A stretch of DNA of 64,000 nt from Octopus sinensis (lineage: Eukaryota): the NCBI RefSeq assembly GCF_006345805.1, contig NC_043001.1, positions 42,718,001 through 42,782,000 on the forward strand, written 5' to 3'. Under the pieces are notes generated by a model, which saw only the letters and a list, made by a program, of their open reading frames with translations, was not told the DNA's origin and made no database searches. The position numbers and the translations under genes are program-made. Below, piece after piece: positions 61,250-64,000 of the stretch; position 1 is the stretch's first letter; every line of letters begins with the position of its first letter.

Positions 61250-63225
61250 GACCTCAACTCAAAGTATGTTATTTAATGGATTATGAAACAAGCAAAAATC
61301 TAACAATTGGATATATTGAAGGTATCTATGAATATTCACAAGTTTAGTGACAAATATAAAAAAAAAAAAAGAGCAATAAATTTCTAAAGCAGCTTTGTGG
61401 AGATCACTGCTGAAAATTTAATAGAGGAAGTGTAAAATACTCTGGTATTATTTCCTCTAGAAAAACACTCACTGTGGTTAACTGTGCTGGGATGTGCTAA
61501 TGCAGCAGGTAACCATAAGTGTAAATTTGCTGCAATAATGAAAAGCCTGTGTTCTTGAAGTTTTAGATATATGAATACATTACCAGTGGATTATTACACT
61601 AACAAAAGTGCATAGCTACCCAGGAACAAATATTTCTTTGGGATTTTGTACTAGTGGATTATGTCCACTGCAAGGAACAAAAACTGGATGTCAAGAGTAA
61701 GATTTTATTTCTGTACAAATATTCAGTTCATCCTCCATCTGAACTTCTAATCAAAAATAATGTTTATGTAATGTACTTTCCTTCAAAATGTAGACATCAT
61801 TAATTCAGCCATGCGACTAAAGTGTCCTTAGATCAATGCAAACATTTTTTTGAACAGTACACTGGCAGTTGTGAAAGGCTTCCAAAAGAGTTACTCTAAA
61901 GGACAACATATAGGAAGTCACCAATGTATGGGATCAAAGAGCTAAAGACACCCTTGTGCATACCTGGCACAACCTCTAACCAACAACTGCAAGTTATGAG
62001 TTTAGAGAATTCTGCAAATTAAGTGAGATGTCAGACCTTACATACAGGAAAATATCATGTTAGAATTCATCAGTAAGTCAGAGAAAGTGGATATCAAGGA
62101 AGTTTTCATCTCATGACTGATGATGAAATAGCTGAAATATTTTCCAAACAAGGCAATCTTAATGGTGACAAAATGGTTAACAGAGGGAAAGGTGCCCATA
62201 GATAACATAGTGAAAATGTGAGATGAACTTATTGAAGACTAGAGTAGCTGGCAGACATTACAGAACAAGAAATCATGGCAATATACAGGGTGTCCATAAA
62301 GTCTCTTTACGATTTAAAAAAATTATTACAAAGGCAGTTGATGAAATAGTTTAACCAGATTTGTTTTATTTTAATAATTGTTTATTAAATTTTTTATTGA
62401 TATTAAATTTTTGTGTTTCACATACTCTGTTGATGGAAGGGAACTGATTCACTGAACTCCTATAAAATGAGGATGAAGCATTCCTCAAGCGAGTTTGTTT
62501 TAGTGATGAGGTCACTTTCATATGTTTCAGGGAAATTAGACACAATGTGAGAATCTAGGGATCAGAACACTCCCCTGTGACTAGGGAGCTTCAACAGGAT
62601 AGTCCAAAAGTGAATGTGTGATGTGGAATCATGTGCAATCGAATAATTGGTCCATTTTCCTTCAACAAGGCAACAATTACTGCAGATGTTTACCTCGACC
62701 TTCTGACCAAATATGTAGCACCACAACTGATTGATTTACAACCGACCATCATTCTCCAGCAAGATGGTGTACCACCACATTGGGGATGGTATGTTCGTCA
62801 GTTCCTCAATCAAACATTTCTAGACCGATGGATTGGAAGGGATGGGTCAATTCCATGGCCACCAAGTTCGCCAATTATCACTCCCTTGGACTTCTTTTTA
62901 TGGGGTTATGTAAAACATATCGTGTATCAAAGATATGGGACATTGCTGACTTGAAACAAAGGATTCAAGATGCCATTGCCACCTTTGATGAGGCTATCCT
63001 ACAGCGAACATGGCAAGAAATCAAGTACCGTCTTGATGTGCTTTATGCAACTAATGGTGCCCATATTGGTCTATTAAATAACAGTTAAAAAAACTTTAAT
63101 AAACAATTATTACAATAAAACAAATCTGGTTATGCTATCTTGTCAACTGCCTTTGTAATAAAATTTTAAAATTGTAGAGACTTTATGGACACCCTGTATA
63201 TTAAAAAAAAATATCAACAAAACAC
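61250..63225 (+). mobile_element. Tigger/pogo transposase remnant interrupted by a DD41D element
   Basis: LTVLGCANAAG.HK, LPVDYY.NK.A, HPP.ELL and SLIQP.D motifs; EQEIMAIY continues after the insertion. Confidence 0.65.
62286..63196 (+). mobile_element. Internally deleted DD41D (rosa/Visitor-type) Tc1/mariner element, 911 bp, TA TSD
   Basis: TA-CAGGGTGTCCATAAAGTCTCT ... AGAGACTTTATGGACACCCTG-TA, TIRs about 110 bp; FSDE, QQDG and PLDFFLWG with 41 residues between the second and third Asp. Confidence 0.88.
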
Positions 63226-63263
63226 TTGTTAATGATGCAGCTGTCACTGGAATAATCATTTAA

Positions 63264-63450
63264 CCTAACCATATCCAGTCCAAATATGTTCAAACTAGCC
63301 AGATTTGTCCTCTCACACCTACCCTACAATGTAATTCTAAAAACAATCATACCATTGAAATCCCAAAGCTATGAAATAATGCATGATTAATTCAAAACAA
63401 TGTGAATGCATAACCATTGCATTTGTCAGGTTAATATGAACGCTAAAGGG
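63264..63450. mobile_element. Possible piggyBac-type MITE
   Basis: TTAA at both ends and a right end GCTAAAGGG; the left end is diverged; partial inverted match at 32570-32660. Confidence 0.3.
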
Positions 63451-64000
63451 TTAAAAGTGATTGAACAGAGTACTACCTCATCGTTGAGTCTACTTCAGGT
63501 TTCTCAACTGTTTCTGATATTTATCTTTGGTAAAAATAAAACATTTTTATATGAAATCACCTATATTTATAATGCCCTGGATGCATGTAATGTGACTATC
63601 AGTATAAATGAAATTATTTTCATTACATTTATATTATTGTTTTACTGTCCACTTATACATGTCCGTATAGGTTGGACAGAATTTGTTGAGGCAAATTCTT
63701 CAGCTGGTTCTTCCTGTGACCAACTCTCACTGATTTCCAAGTATGGAAATATTTACTCATAACGAGTCAGGATTTCATGAAAGATTGGAAACAGACATGG
63801 CTTGCATGAAGGTTATACTTATTTAATAAAACATCCTGCATGGTATAAGCAGTATGATGAAGTAAATGAACATGCTTAAGGCTAGGTTCCATTACCAAAT
63901 CTCCCTATATATATATATATATATATATGCATAGGTAGAATAATTCAGAAAAAAAAAAAAAATCCAAAACATTTCTGATGCCAATTGCTGATAAGCTGGT

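Noticed and set aside
63470-63740. Two possible small exons of a neighbouring minus-strand gene (ETVEKPEVDSTM; SWSQEEPAEEFASTNSVQP)
   Set aside because: Weak splice signals, the best donor creates a stop on joining, and no recognisable homology.

Overview
AT-rich eukaryotic DNA, most likely from an octopod cephalopod (inferred from the SINE and RTE repeat families and the microsatellite load; not provable here). One host gene is present on the + strand: a proprotein convertase of the PC7/PCSK7 type. I can join 16 GT-AG coding exons between positions 1 and 40435 into one open frame of 2088 nt (695 aa plus stop); the N-terminus lies upstream of the window. The model has the pro-domain site RHKR, the Asp/His/Ser triad and oxyanion Asn, a P domain, a transmembrane helix and a cytosolic tail, with no furin-type Cys-rich repeats. 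The introns and the 24 kb downstream are a mosaic of decayed mobile elements: Penelope-like (PLE), RTE, CR1-group and Tx1/L1-like LINEs, at least four tRNA-derived SINE families, a Gypsy remnant, a Helitron, hAT, Tc1, mariner, DD41D and Tigger/pogo remnants, and MITEs. The most interesting signals are three hammerhead-ribozyme-shaped motifs. One lies in a 585-bp unit (PLE GIY-YIG fragment + tRNA-like Pol III head + hammerhead) that interrupts an older SINE with a 9-bp duplication, suggesting a PLE-mobilised, ribozyme-bearing SINE. Several long near-perfect intronic or downstream hairpins are also notable. No rRNA, true tRNA gene or CRISPR array was seen. All alignments and folds were done by eye.
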